Source: Sphingobacterium thalpophilum | Lineage (GTDB): Bacteria; Bacteroidota; Bacteroidia; Sphingobacteriales; Sphingobacteriaceae | Length of the DNA: 64,000 nt | Direction: 5' to 3' | Assembly (NCBI GenBank): GCA_945868825.1 | Contig: CAMBMM010000002.1 | Coordinates: 54,252-118,251 of the forward strand | In this document: in pieces, positions 38,057-46,880 of the stretch | How the letters are laid out: each line of letters opens with the position of its first letter | Position numbering within the stretch: position 1 is the stretch's first letter | Program-made: the position numbers and the translations under genes | The notes under the pieces: generated by a model | Told to the model about the DNA's origin: nothing | The model's input: the letters and a program-made list of their open reading frames with translations, nothing else | The model's database searches: none

Positions 38057-39616
38057 TTATTCATCGGTGTCTGCTTGGTAACTCACCCTAAGCAACTCCT
38101 GATGCAGGAGCACCATGGCGTAGGTATCTTGTTCGCAATACTGCAGAAGTTGTTTTCTAGTGAGCGTTTCATTGCCACTAAAAGAACCTAAAATCATGCT
38201 TAAGAAGGTATTGCTAGCATCGGTGCCATTGCCAATGGCTAAATTGTCGTAGCTAAGTTCGGGGAATAAGGCGGGTAGCACGTATTTAATGGAATAAGAA
38301 CCTTGCATGGCGGACGTATAATACCAGCCTGCTTGAAACACGTCCATTAAATCGACAAAGCGTTCGGTAAGTTGATGGATAAATGCTGCATCCTCGGGGT
38401 ATGCCGTGGCTAGGGCTTTCAACACGGTTTGCTCGAAAACGGCATTGTATGCCAGAATGGTTCCTTGGTGTTGGAAATCGGTTTTGAGCTGATTAATCAA
38501 AGATTTTAGTGGATCGGCACCCTCATTTTCGGTAAAGTCGAGGGGATTGGCCAAGAAGGCTGTATGTTCAGCCGGTTCACCTGGCGCATTCACCCGGTGC
38601 AAGGAATATTGAAAGGGCACTTGCTGAAAGGGCTTGGTACCATCTAATATAGGGATGGCTGAATTGATGGTTTCAAAATCGAAATAATAAATGGGATAGG
38701 TTAAGCCCTCCACAAAGGAGGCAATGTTTTCTTCTTCAATATTTACCTTGTCGTATTTCACACCGTCTATGTGGAGTTGCTGACTTGACGTTAGGTTATA
38801 GCCAACGGGCACATCCGCTAGGTGGACCACTCCTTTTGCGTATAAATCCCATTCGCGGCCTCGAGCATTTTTTAAGTCGAAAACAGAATTTTTGCTTGGA
38901 ATGTGTTTCCAACAGTGGGGTTTGTAATCGCATTCAAAAGGACTTTCACAGTGTTTGCCAATGGGTATATCGGGTTCTTGGTTTGCTTGCAAAGACTTTA
39001 AAATGGGGAGTTTTTCCGTCACCCGGGCTTGCTTTTCTTTCACTTCTGCAGTAATGTCACTTAGCGTGAATAAGCCCTTAGCGTCAATGGGACCTTGCTT
39101 TACGTATGCGTTATTGATGTGCATTAAGAAAAACTTATCGGGTGTAAAGCCCGATTGCGCCATCACCCAATATTGCAAAGCGGCATCTTGCAGGTGATAG
39201 TCTTTTACAGCCGTGCTACTTTTTACTTCGATGGCCCAGCGTTCGCCATCTTGGTGATGCAAAATATCTAAGGCGGCTAATACTTCATTGTGGTAAAAGG
39301 CGGCTTCGTAAATAGTCTGCTGACCTTTGGTAATGGCCTCACTGGTTTGGTCGATGGCATCGGAGAAATCGTAATAGGTTTCGGGACTTAGATCGATACC
39401 TCCCGGAAAGACCTGTTGCGCCAGGTGGCCAATCTCGTGCCCGGTATTAAAAAGGGCTTGTTGTTGGGGGCTTACGGGCGGCTTTAAGTCTTTTCGAAAT
39501 AAATCGAAGTAGAGTTTCTTTTGGCACTGGGCTCCGGATACAAATCGGGATTTGGAAATTTTATGGGGATAGCGGGACATGGGTTCTAAGTTAGGTTTAG
39601 TAATAAGTATCTCCAA
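38057..39616 (-). CDS. DUF2779-type protein: N-terminal Cas4/RecB-like PD-(D/E)xK nuclease with Cys cluster fused to a C-terminal DEDD (DnaQ-like) exonuclease-like domain
   Basis: N-terminal ISKSRFVSGAQCQKKLYF plus HCESPFECDYKPHCW (a 1+3 Cys pattern). The C-terminal half has YYFDFET, YNAVFE and YCEQDTYAM motifs. An alternative start is MSRYPHK at 39580. Confidence 0.65.
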   Translation of the reverse strand: MEILITKPNLEPMSRYPHKISKSRFVSGAQCQKKLYFDLFRKDLKPPVSPQQQALFNTGHEIGHLAQQVFPGGIDLSPETYYDFSDAIDQTSEAITKGQQTIYEAAFYHNEVLAALDILHHQDGERWAIEVKSSTAVKDYHLQDAALQYWVMAQSGFTPDKFFLMHINNAYVKQGPIDAKGLFTLSDITAEVKEKQARVTEKLPILKSLQANQEPDIPIGKHCESPFECDYKPHCWKHIPSKNSVFDLKNARGREWDLYAKGVVHLADVPVGYNLTSSQQLHIDGVKYDKVNIEEENIASFVEGLTYPIYYFDFETINSAIPILDGTKPFQQVPFQYSLHRVNAPGEPAEHTAFLANPLDFTENEGADPLKSLINQLKTDFQHQGTILAYNAVFEQTVLKALATAYPEDAAFIHQLTERFVDLMDVFQAGWYYTSAMQGSYSIKYVLPALFPELSYDNLAIGNGTDASNTFLSMILGSFSGNETLTRKQLLQYCEQDTYAMVLLHQELLRVSYQADTDE

Positions 39617-40208
39617 CTAATACCCACTGGTGTTTAGCTATCACAACCGACATATATGTCGTGAATTCCCTTCCGTTAGGAATTCGCACAAAGCCAATAC
39701 CTATGTCTTTTAAATATTTAGTATTCATCCCTATCCCTAGCAAGTGATTTCTATGCCCCATCGAAGGAACATATTTATCGATAATTAAACCTTTCACAGC
39801 AGCAATACCATCCGAATACCCTGCACCCAAGGATTCAAAATAATTATTCTTAGGATGGTCTAACCAATCTTTCTCTAAGACATATCCAGCTTTATTAATA
39901 AAATGATTCATCCCATAGCCATCGGGGTCTACATGCTCAAAATAATTGCGTTTTGCCATATCCAAAGCTTTTTGTTCTGCCACTCGAGCCAGGGTGTCAT
40001 TCCAAACCAACTGGGTGGATGTAATTTTCAACGAAGCATTCAGGTTTAATTCCTTAAAATACGCCGCAGGATTTTTACGCACCTGGTTTATTAGCACAAA
40101 AGCCTTACGAGCTTCCATTCTATCTAAAGTTGGAGCAGGTTGAGTTTGGAATGATAATGTGCTAGTTAGGACCATCCCAAGAAGTACGCCTATGATGTTC
40201 TTTTTCAA
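39597..40208 (-). CDS. CAP (SCP/PR-1-like) domain protein with signal peptide
   Basis: Signal MKKNIIGVLLGMVLTSTLS, then YFEHVDPDG and GHRNHLLG blocks typical of bacterial CAP/SCP domains. Confidence 0.75.
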   Translation of the reverse strand: MKKNIIGVLLGMVLTSTLSFQTQPAPTLDRMEARKAFVLINQVRKNPAAYFKELNLNASLKITSTQLVWNDTLARVAEQKALDMAKRNYFEHVDPDGYGMNHFINKAGYVLEKDWLDHPKNNYFESLGAGYSDGIAAVKGLIIDKYVPSMGHRNHLLGIGMNTKYLKDIGIGFVRIPNGREFTTYMSVVIAKHQWVLVGDTYY

Positions 40209-40245
40209 AAATCTTAATTTGATACGAGATTAAGGTAGTAATAAT

Positions 40246-40413
40246 TTAATCCTTTCGGATTGTTGCTTTTTGCACAAAAACCTGACCTACCCGATCTAGG
40301 TTCGGGCCTTGGGCTTTAAGTTTAGCCAAAAACTGTTTTCCTTTTTTGCGAATCCGTGCAGCTTCTCTTCTTGCTAAAAAATTAGCGTATAGCTGTTTAA
40401 TTATGTTGATCAT
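40246..40413 (-). CDS. candidate 55-aa basic small ORF (MINIIKQLYANFLARREAARIRKKGKQFLAKLKAQGPNLDRVGQVFVQKATIRKD)
   Basis: Hand-translated and ATG-initiated. It is below the ORF-track size cutoff. No homology recognised. Confidence 0.3.
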   Translation of the reverse strand: MINIIKQLYANFLARREAARIRKKGKQFLAKLKAQGPNLDRVGQVFVQKATIRKD

Positions 40414-40434
40414 GTTGTTAGGGAATGCTTAAAT

Positions 40435-40602
40435 TTATTCTTGATCTTCTTCAAGTTGAACGGAATAGCCGCACTCTTCTTCTAACTCTAGTTCGGCATC
40501 TTCATAGCCTAAGTCCAATGCCTTGTACAAAGATGTGCATGCTTCGTCTTTTCGTTTTAAAGCAATTAGCGTTTTTGCAAACCAAAAATGAGTTTCGCCA
40601 AG
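40435..40602 (-). pseudogene. 5'-truncated remnant of a TPR-like gene (no start codon)
   Basis: The open frame ..GETHFWFAKTLIALKRKDEACTSLYKALDLGYEDAELELEEECGYSVQLEEDQE* begins right after an in-frame TAG. It abuts the tRNA terminator. Confidence 0.4.
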
Positions 40603-40604
40603 CT

Positions 40605-40641
40605 AAAACAAAAAACCCCTAACTTGTTGTAAGTTAAGGGC
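40605..40641 (-). terminator. rho-independent terminator of the tRNA-Lys/tRNA-Asp transcript
   Basis: Minus-strand stem cccttaactt/aagttagggg followed by TTTTTTGTTTT. Confidence 0.75.
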
Positions 40642-40657
40642 TTAAGTACGTTCTTTG

Positions 40658-40731
40658 CGGACCGGACGGGACTCGAACCCGCGACCTCCGCCGTGACAGG
40701 GCGGCATTCTAACCAGCTGAACTACCGGTCC
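40658..40731 (-). tRNA. tRNA-Asp (anticodon GTC)
   Basis: Hand-folded cloverleaf: acceptor GGACCGG/CCGGTCC, anticodon loop CTGTCAC, T-loop GGTTCGAGTCC. No encoded CCA. Confidence 0.9.
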
Positions 40732-40740
40732 TAAAAAAAG

Positions 40741-40813
40741 TGATCCCGCTGGGATTCGAACCCAGGACCCCAACATTAAAAGTGTTATGCTCTACCGGCT
40801 GAGCTACAAGATC
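40741..40813 (-). tRNA. tRNA-Lys (anticodon TTT)
   Basis: Hand-folded cloverleaf: acceptor GATCTTG/CGGGATC (two G-U pairs), anticodon loop CTTTTAA, T-loop GGTTCGAATCC. Confidence 0.9.
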
Positions 40814-40859
40814 ATATTATAAAGAACATCTTAAGGGCCAGTTTCCCCAAAAGAGAGGG

Positions 40860-40867
40860 CAAATATA
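40860..40867 (-). promoter_or_regulatory. Bacteroidota-type -7 box (TATATTTG) upstream of the tRNA pair
   Basis: Exact TAnnTTTG match about 47 nt upstream of the tRNA-Lys 5' end. Confidence 0.35.
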
Positions 40868-40906
40868 GCGCATTAAAACAATGTGTGCAACAAATAATGT
40901 AAAAAA

Positions 40907-41980
40907 TTAAGCAACCGTACCCTCTTTCATTTTTTCCGCATTTTCGGCCAATTGAAGCGCATCAATTACATCTTGTATGCTGCCATTCATCACCTCAGGC
41001 AAATTATAAATGGTTAAGCCAATGCGGTGCTCGGTAACCCTACCCTGCGGATAATTATAGGTGCGTATTTTAGCAGAACGGTCGCCAGTAGCCACCATGG
41101 TTTTACGCTTTTTAGCCATTTCTGCATTCTTTTTAGCCAACTCCATCTCGTAAATACGGCTACGTAAAACCGATAAGGCCTTATCAAAATTCTTCATCTG
41201 CGATTTCTCATCTTGGCATTGCGCCACAATACCTGTAGGAATGTGTGTTAAACGAACCGCCGAATAGGTGGTGTTTACCGATTGTCCGCCGGGGCCCGAG
41301 GAACAAAACAAATCCTTACGGATATCGTTCATATTCACCTGCACATCAAACTCATCGGCCTCGGGCAATACCACCACGCTAGCCGCAGAGGTATGCACCC
41401 GGCCCTGCGTTTCGGTATCGGGTACACGCTGTACACGGTGCACCCCACTTTCGTATTTCAACTGCCCATAAGCATCTTCGCCCGTTATCTCCAACACCAC
41501 CTCTTTATAGCCACCTGCCGAACCTTCCGTTACATCCATCACCTGAATTTTCCAGCCCTTACGCTCACAAAAACGCATGTACATGCGGTACAAATCGCCG
41601 GCAAATAAAGCCGCCTCATCGCCACCCGTACCGCCACGAATCTCCAAAATAGCATTCTTAGCATCTTCCGGATCTTTCGGAATCAACATCACCCGAATCT
41701 CCTCTTCCTTCGCCTCCTTAGCCACCAACAAGTCATCCAAGTCCATCTTAGCCATTTCCCGCATTTCTTCATCCTTCTCGGCAGCTAAAATTTGCCTATT
41801 GGCCTCAATATTACTTACCAAATTGCGGTAAATCTTATACTCATCCACAATCTTAGTGAGGTCTTTATATTCCTTATTCAGCTGCGCAAAACGCTTCATA
41901 TCGCTCATCACATCCGGCGAACTCAACTCACGCTCTACAGCTTCCCAACGAACCTTAATAGCTTCTAACTTATCTAACAT
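40907..41980 (-). CDS. prfA: peptide chain release factor 1
   Basis: GGQ motif ([11 protein letters not shown]) and an RF1-type tripeptide region [15 protein letters not shown]; 357 aa. Confidence 0.95.
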   Translation of the reverse strand: MLDKLEAIKVRWEAVERELSSPDVMSDMKRFAQLNKEYKDLTKIVDEYKIYRNLVSNIEANRQILAAEKDEEMREMAKMDLDDLLVAKEAKEEEIRVMLIPKDPEDAKNAILEIRGGTGGDEAALFAGDLYRMYMRFCERKGWKIQVMDVTEGSAGGYKEVVLEITGEDAYGQLKYESGVHRVQRVPDTETQGRVHTSAASVVVLPEADEFDVQVNMNDIRKDLFCSSGPGGQSVNTTYSAVRLTHIPTGIVAQCQDEKSQMKNFDKALSVLRSRIYEMELAKKNAEMAKKRKTMVATGDRSAKIRTYNYPQGRVTEHRIGLTIYNLPEVMNGSIQDVIDALQLAENAEKMKEGTVA

Positions 41981-42105
41981 ATCTTATTTTTCAGAAAATC
42001 AATACCCGTACAACACAGGTCACACAGTCCCGCTTTCCGTCCCGATAAATCGGGACTACAATCGGGTTTATTAAACCCACAAAAGCGCACAAAAGTAGCT
42101 AAAAC

Positions 42106-42846
42106 TTACGACACCAGGGTTAAGGTCTCCCCATCAAATACCGCATACGATTGGTAATTCATCCATTCGCCCAAATTTACATAGCGGCTTGTGGCGCTCA
42201 ACTGAATATCCAAGGGTAAATGGCGGTGTCCAAATACAAAATAATCGTAATGGGTATGCTTAAGCACCTCCTTGGCATAAGCCACCAACCACTCCTTGTC
42301 TTCGCCGGCAAAAACTTCTTTATTCCCATTAGCCACGCGGCTTTTTTGCGAAAAATACGAAGCCAAGCCTATAGCAAAATTGGGATGCAACCGAGCAAAT
42401 AACCATTGACAAATTGAGCTTCTGAAAACTTTTTTTAATAGCTTATAGCCAGCATCGCCGGGGCCTAAGCCATCGCCATGGTGCAAATAGAATTTCTTCC
42501 CATTGCGCTCCAACACCAACTCATCCGACACGATGTTTACACCCAACTCCTGCTGGAAATAGCTAAACATCCACATATCGTGGTTTCCTTTAAATAGGGT
42601 TACGACAATGCCGGCATCTGTTAATTCGGCAATTTTAGCCTGCAAACGCACAAACCCTTTCGGGATAACAGTGGCGTATTCGAACCAAAAATCGAACACA
42701 TCGCCCATTAAAAATACTTCAGCGGCATCGACTTTAATTTTATCCAACCAAGCCACCACTTGGGCTTCCCGCTCTCTGCTTTTGGCATAAGAAGGCGCAC
42801 CCAAATGAAAATCGGAAGCGAAGTAAATTTTTTTAGCGGCTTGCAT
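42106..42846 (-). CDS. lpxH: UDP-2,3-diacylglucosamine diphosphatase
   Basis: Calcineurin-like metallophosphoesterase motifs SDFHLG, GDVFD, GNHD and GHRH; LpxH-like length. Confidence 0.8.
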   Translation of the reverse strand: MQAAKKIYFASDFHLGAPSYAKSREREAQVVAWLDKIKVDAAEVFLMGDVFDFWFEYATVIPKGFVRLQAKIAELTDAGIVVTLFKGNHDMWMFSYFQQELGVNIVSDELVLERNGKKFYLHHGDGLGPGDAGYKLLKKVFRSSICQWLFARLHPNFAIGLASYFSQKSRVANGNKEVFAGEDKEWLVAYAKEVLKHTHYDYFVFGHRHLPLDIQLSATSRYVNLGEWMNYQSYAVFDGETLTLVS

Positions 42847-42990
42847 CGTTCAAAAGTACAGAAAAAATTAATGTCACCCCAGCCGTATCTAGTAAACAAA
42901 GTTGAGTCAAATAGCCTGGGGCCGACAAAACGGCGGGCCAAGGTAAAGGCCTTGTGGGTGGAAGCATCGTTTTGTCTTGATTTTTTATTT

Positions 42991-43015
42991 CCTTTTTGAT
43001 CAAGCAAAAAGGAAA
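42991..43015 (-). repeat. 22-mer motif copy 3 (inverted orientation) forming a long hairpin
   Basis: The minus strand reads ttttcctttttgcttgatcaaaaagg, 21/22 to copies 1 and 2. Stem ttcctttttg/caaaaaggaa. It lies about 15 nt past the polA stop. Confidence 0.8.
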
Positions 43016-43029
43016 AGAAGACTAAAAAA

Positions 43030-45861
43030 TTAATGCGCCTCCAGCCAGTTCGTACCCTCACCAATTTCAACTTCAATGGGCACATTTACGGGCATGGCGT
43101 TTACCATCCTATTGTGAATAATGAATTTTAACTTTTCTACTTCTCCCTTGGGTACATCAAACACCAATTCATCATGCACCTGCATGGTCATACGGGCGGC
43201 TAACTTTTGATCTATGATATCTTGGTGAATGCGAATCATGGCCAGCTTAATCATATCGGCAGCCGATCCTTGAATGGGGGCATTAATGGCATTTCGTTCG
43301 GCAAAACCACGCACCGTAGCATTTTGCGAATTGATATCACGCAAGTAGCGTCTGCGGCCCATGATGGTTTGTACATAGCCGTGTTCTCGGGCAAAAATCA
43401 TGGTATCTTGCATATAGCGTTTTACGCCGGGGTATTGCTGAAAGTAATTGTCAATAATCTCGGCCGCTTCTTTTCTCGGAATGCCTAAGTTTTGAGAAAG
43501 TCCGAAGGCCGATTGGCCATAAATAATACCAAAGTTTACCGCCTTGGCATTTCTACGTTGGGTAGCGTCTACTTCGGCCAAAGGTACGCCATATACTTTT
43601 GCCGCCGTAGCGGTATGAATATCTAAGCCTTGGGCAAAGGCCTCTAACATATTGGCATCTTTACTAATTTCGGCAATTAAGCGCAACTCAATTTGCGAAT
43701 AATCGGCAGAGAGCAACACGTGGTTGGCATCTCTCGGGATAAAGGCCTTGCGCACTTCACGCCCACGTTCGGTACGTACCGGAATGTTTTGCAAATTGGG
43801 GTTATTAGAACTTAAACGCCCCGTAGCCGCCACCGCCTGGTTGTAGGAAGTATGAATACGCCCCGTTCTCGGGTTAAGTAATTGCGGCAAAGCATCTACA
43901 TAAGTAGATTTTAATTTTTGTAATTGGCGGAAATCTAAAATATCCTGCACAATATCGCTCTTATGCGCCAAGGCCGATAAAACATCTTCGCCGGTTTGGT
44001 ATTGGCCGGTTTTGGTCTTTTTGGCTTTGGGGTCGAGCTGCAATTTATCGAACAGTACTTCGCCCAATTGTTTAGGCGATGCAATGTTAAAGCGGACCCC
44101 TGCTTTTTCGTAAATGGTTTTTTCTAATTGAACAATATCTATCTCCAACTGCTTGGATAATTCTTTCAGCGCAGCGGTATCTAAAGAAACGCCTTCCCGT
44201 TCCATATCGGCAAGCACGTACACCAAAGGGTGTTCCATGTCGGCCAATAAGGTATCGCCATTTACAGGCTGCAAAAGCGGTTCAAAAACCTGTTTCAACT
44301 GGAGGGTAATGTCGGCATCTTCGGCGGCGTATTCGGTAATTTTATCAAAAGGCACATCTCTCATACTACCTTGCCCTTTGCCTTTGGCACCAATTAAGCT
44401 GGTGATGGGAATGGGGGTATAGCCTAAATAGTTTTCGGCTAAAATATCCATACCATGGCGACTATCGGGGTCGAGCACGTAATGCGCCAACATGGTATCG
44501 AATAATTTTCCTTGTACCTCGAGGCCATAATTTTTCAATACCAAAATATCAAACTTAATGTTTTGACCAATTTTACCAATGGCCGGACTTTCTAAAATGG
44601 GCTTAAAAAAAGAAAGCAATTGCACACAGGCTTGGCGGTTTTCGGGAGCAGGAACGTACCAGGCTTCTCCGGGTTTAATGGCAAAAGACAGTCCTACTAA
44701 TTCACACGTATTGGCATCGGTGCCGGTAGTTTCAGTATCGAAACAAATTTCGGATTGCGCTGCTAATAGACTAATTAAGTTGGCTTGTTTATCCAATGTA
44801 TCTGCCAAATGATAGCTATGCGGCGTATTTTCAGCGTTCTTAGCCACTTTCATCGGCTCATCAAAAGCATCTAAATGCAATTGTTTGCTCACTACTTTTT
44901 CTATATCCACCGTATTGCCAAATAAATCGGTTTGGGCAGCGTGGTGCACCGGGGCTGCGGTACTGCTTGCTTGAGTGGCTGCTACGCTAAACTCTTCGCC
45001 AAAAACTCTACGGCCTAGGGTTCTAAATTCGAGCTCGGCAAATAAAGGTTCCAGCAGGCTGCGATCGGGCTCTTCAATTAATAGGCTTTGCGGATCTAGG
45101 GCCACGGGGGCATCTAAAATAATGGTGGCTAGTTTTTTGGAAAGCAGGCCTTGTTGCGCAAAATTTTCTACGTTTTCACGCATTTTGCCTTTTAACTCGT
45201 GGCTGTGGGCAATGATATTTTCCATAGAACCGTACTGCTTAATAAGCAGCTTGGCCGTTTTTTCGCCAATGCCCGGAATGCCCGGAATGTTATCTACTGC
45301 ATCGCCCCAAAGGCCTAAAATATCAATTACTTGATCTATCCGATCTATCTCCCATTTGGCCAACACCTCTTTTACACCCATAATTTCTACATCGTTACCC
45401 ATACGGGCCGGCTTGTAAATAAAAATGTTTTCGGAAACGAGTTGCGCAAAATCTTTATCGGGGGTCATGCAGAAAACGGTAAAGCCTTCTTGCTCTGCTT
45501 TTTTAGCTAGGGTGCCAATTACGTCGTCGGCTTCGTAGCCATCGGAACTAATTACGGGAATGTTAAAGCCTTCAATTAAACGAATAATGTAGGGAATGGC
45601 GGTAGCCAAATCTTCTGGCATGGCTTCGCGATGGGCTTTGTATGCTGCGAATTCTACATGGCGTTCTGTTGGTGCCGAGGTATCAAATACCACGGCCATA
45701 TGGCTTGGTTTTTCTTTTTTGAGCACCTCTAAGAGCGTATTGGTAAAACCCATTACGGCCGATGTATTTAACCCGGCTGCGGTATAACGGGGGTTTTTAC
45801 TGAAAGCAAAATGTGCCCGATAGATGAGGGCAAAGGCGTCTAAAAGAAATAATTTTTTCAT
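43030..45861 (-). CDS. polA: DNA polymerase I
   Basis: 5'-nuclease domain, 3'-5' exonuclease (FDTETT) and polymerase motifs (DYSQIELR, QVHDELVF); 943 aa. Confidence 0.97.
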   Translation of the reverse strand: MKKLFLLDAFALIYRAHFAFSKNPRYTAAGLNTSAVMGFTNTLLEVLKKEKPSHMAVVFDTSAPTERHVEFAAYKAHREAMPEDLATAIPYIIRLIEGFNIPVISSDGYEADDVIGTLAKKAEQEGFTVFCMTPDKDFAQLVSENIFIYKPARMGNDVEIMGVKEVLAKWEIDRIDQVIDILGLWGDAVDNIPGIPGIGEKTAKLLIKQYGSMENIIAHSHELKGKMRENVENFAQQGLLSKKLATIILDAPVALDPQSLLIEEPDRSLLEPLFAELEFRTLGRRVFGEEFSVAATQASSTAAPVHHAAQTDLFGNTVDIEKVVSKQLHLDAFDEPMKVAKNAENTPHSYHLADTLDKQANLISLLAAQSEICFDTETTGTDANTCELVGLSFAIKPGEAWYVPAPENRQACVQLLSFFKPILESPAIGKIGQNIKFDILVLKNYGLEVQGKLFDTMLAHYVLDPDSRHGMDILAENYLGYTPIPITSLIGAKGKGQGSMRDVPFDKITEYAAEDADITLQLKQVFEPLLQPVNGDTLLADMEHPLVYVLADMEREGVSLDTAALKELSKQLEIDIVQLEKTIYEKAGVRFNIASPKQLGEVLFDKLQLDPKAKKTKTGQYQTGEDVLSALAHKSDIVQDILDFRQLQKLKSTYVDALPQLLNPRTGRIHTSYNQAVAATGRLSSNNPNLQNIPVRTERGREVRKAFIPRDANHVLLSADYSQIELRLIAEISKDANMLEAFAQGLDIHTATAAKVYGVPLAEVDATQRRNAKAVNFGIIYGQSAFGLSQNLGIPRKEAAEIIDNYFQQYPGVKRYMQDTMIFAREHGYVQTIMGRRRYLRDINSQNATVRGFAERNAINAPIQGSAADMIKLAMIRIHQDIIDQKLAARMTMQVHDELVFDVPKGEVEKLKFIIHNRMVNAMPVNVPIEVEIGEGTNWLEAH

Positions 45862-45926
45862 GAATGCAGGTACTTGCCAAAGCGCAAGCTTCCAAATTTA
45901 ATAATTGGCGGTGTAATAACGGGTTT

Positions 45927-46496
45927 TTATTTCCTACAGATACAATCTACCAGATGATCGTTTACCATGCCGGTGGCTTGCATGTGGGCATAACAAATGG
46001 TGGTGCCAAAAAATTTAATGCCTCGTTTTTTGAGGTCTTTGGCAATTTTATCGGAAAGTTCGGTGCTAGCGGGTACGTCTTTTAAACTTTTCCAATGATT
46101 TATAATCGGCTTTTTTTCGGGAAGATATCCCCAAATAAATTCGGAAAAACTCCCAAATTCTTTTTGAATGTCTAAGAAAATTTGGGCATTGCGAATGGTG
46201 GATTGTATTTTTAATCGGTTGCGGATAATGCCGTTGTCTTGCATCAAGCGTTCCGCATCATCGGGGGTAAATTGCGCCACTTTTTCGGAATCGAAATTCG
46301 CAAAGGCTTTGCGGTACCCTTCGCGGCGACGCAAAATAGTAATCCAGCTTAAGCCAGCTTGCGCCCCTTCTAGCACTAAAAATTCAAACAAGGTGCGATC
46401 GTCATACACCGGTTTTCCCCATTCTTCATCGTGGTATTTTACGTACAAGGGGTCGGTACCGCACCAGCCGCATCTTACTATCGAATCGGAAGCCAT
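45927..46496 (-). CDS. tag: DNA-3-methyladenine glycosylase I
   Basis: RCGWC...DPLYVKYHDEEWG, LEGAQAGLSW and a C-terminal zinc-ligand region. Confidence 0.9.
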   Translation of the reverse strand: MASDSIVRCGWCGTDPLYVKYHDEEWGKPVYDDRTLFEFLVLEGAQAGLSWITILRRREGYRKAFANFDSEKVAQFTPDDAERLMQDNGIIRNRLKIQSTIRNAQIFLDIQKEFGSFSEFIWGYLPEKKPIINHWKSLKDVPASTELSDKIAKDLKKRGIKFFGTTICYAHMQATGMVNDHLVDCICRK

Positions 46497-46529
46497 GAGT
46501 TCTATTAGAAAATAGTTGAAAACTCAGGC

Positions 46530-46871
46530 TTATGCATTCAGCTCATCCCAATACTCTACCGCTCTGCGGTAATGTGGAATTACAATAGAACCGCCCACTA
46601 GATTGGCAATCATAAATATTTCGTTCATCTCCTCAGAGTTTACCCCGGCTTCGTGGCATTTGCCCAAATGATATTTAATGCAATCGTCGCAACGCAAAAC
46701 CATAGAGGCTACCAAGCCCAACATTTCTTTAGTTTTTACATCCAAAGCGCCATCGGCATAGGTGGTAGTATCGAGCGCAAAAAAACGTTTGATATTGGTA
46801 TTGGCACTATCCATAATCCGATCGTTCATTCGGTTACGGTAGTCGTTAAATTCGTTTACTAATTTTCCCAT
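46530..46871 (-). CDS. carboxymuconolactone decarboxylase (AhpD-like) family protein
   Basis: CDDCIKYHL (CxxC-H) motif; 113 aa. Confidence 0.8.
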   Translation of the reverse strand: MGKLVNEFNDYRNRMNDRIMDSANTNIKRFFALDTTTYADGALDVKTKEMLGLVASMVLRCDDCIKYHLGKCHEAGVNSEEMNEIFMIANLVGGSIVIPHYRRAVEYWDELNA

Positions 46872-46880
46872 GGTTTAAAT

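Noticed and set aside
40425-40622. 65-aa plus-strand ORF next to the tRNA genes
   Set aside because: It is antisense to the TPR-like remnant, runs into the tRNA terminator, and has a low-complexity Leu-rich composition. It is judged spurious.
33430-40657. Intact integrative element, ICE or prophage at the tRNA-Asp 3' side
   Set aside because: No integrase, transposase, relaxase or phage structural genes are present, and no direct repeat of the tRNA 3' end was spotted. Only relics and repeat junctions remain, so I report it as a decayed accessory patch.
42027-42056. GTCCCG-N6-GTCCCG-N6-CGGGAC alternative hairpins in the prfA leader as an attenuator
   Set aside because: The stems are only 6-7 bp, there is no T-run, no leader peptide and no known motif. 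This is insufficient evidence, and it may simply be a weak lpxH 3' structure.
42708-43085. 125-aa ORF spanning the polA/lpxH intergenic region
   Set aside because: It overlaps the polA 3' end and the lpxH 5' end in other frames. It has an odd composition and contains the hairpin repeat, so it is most likely spurious.
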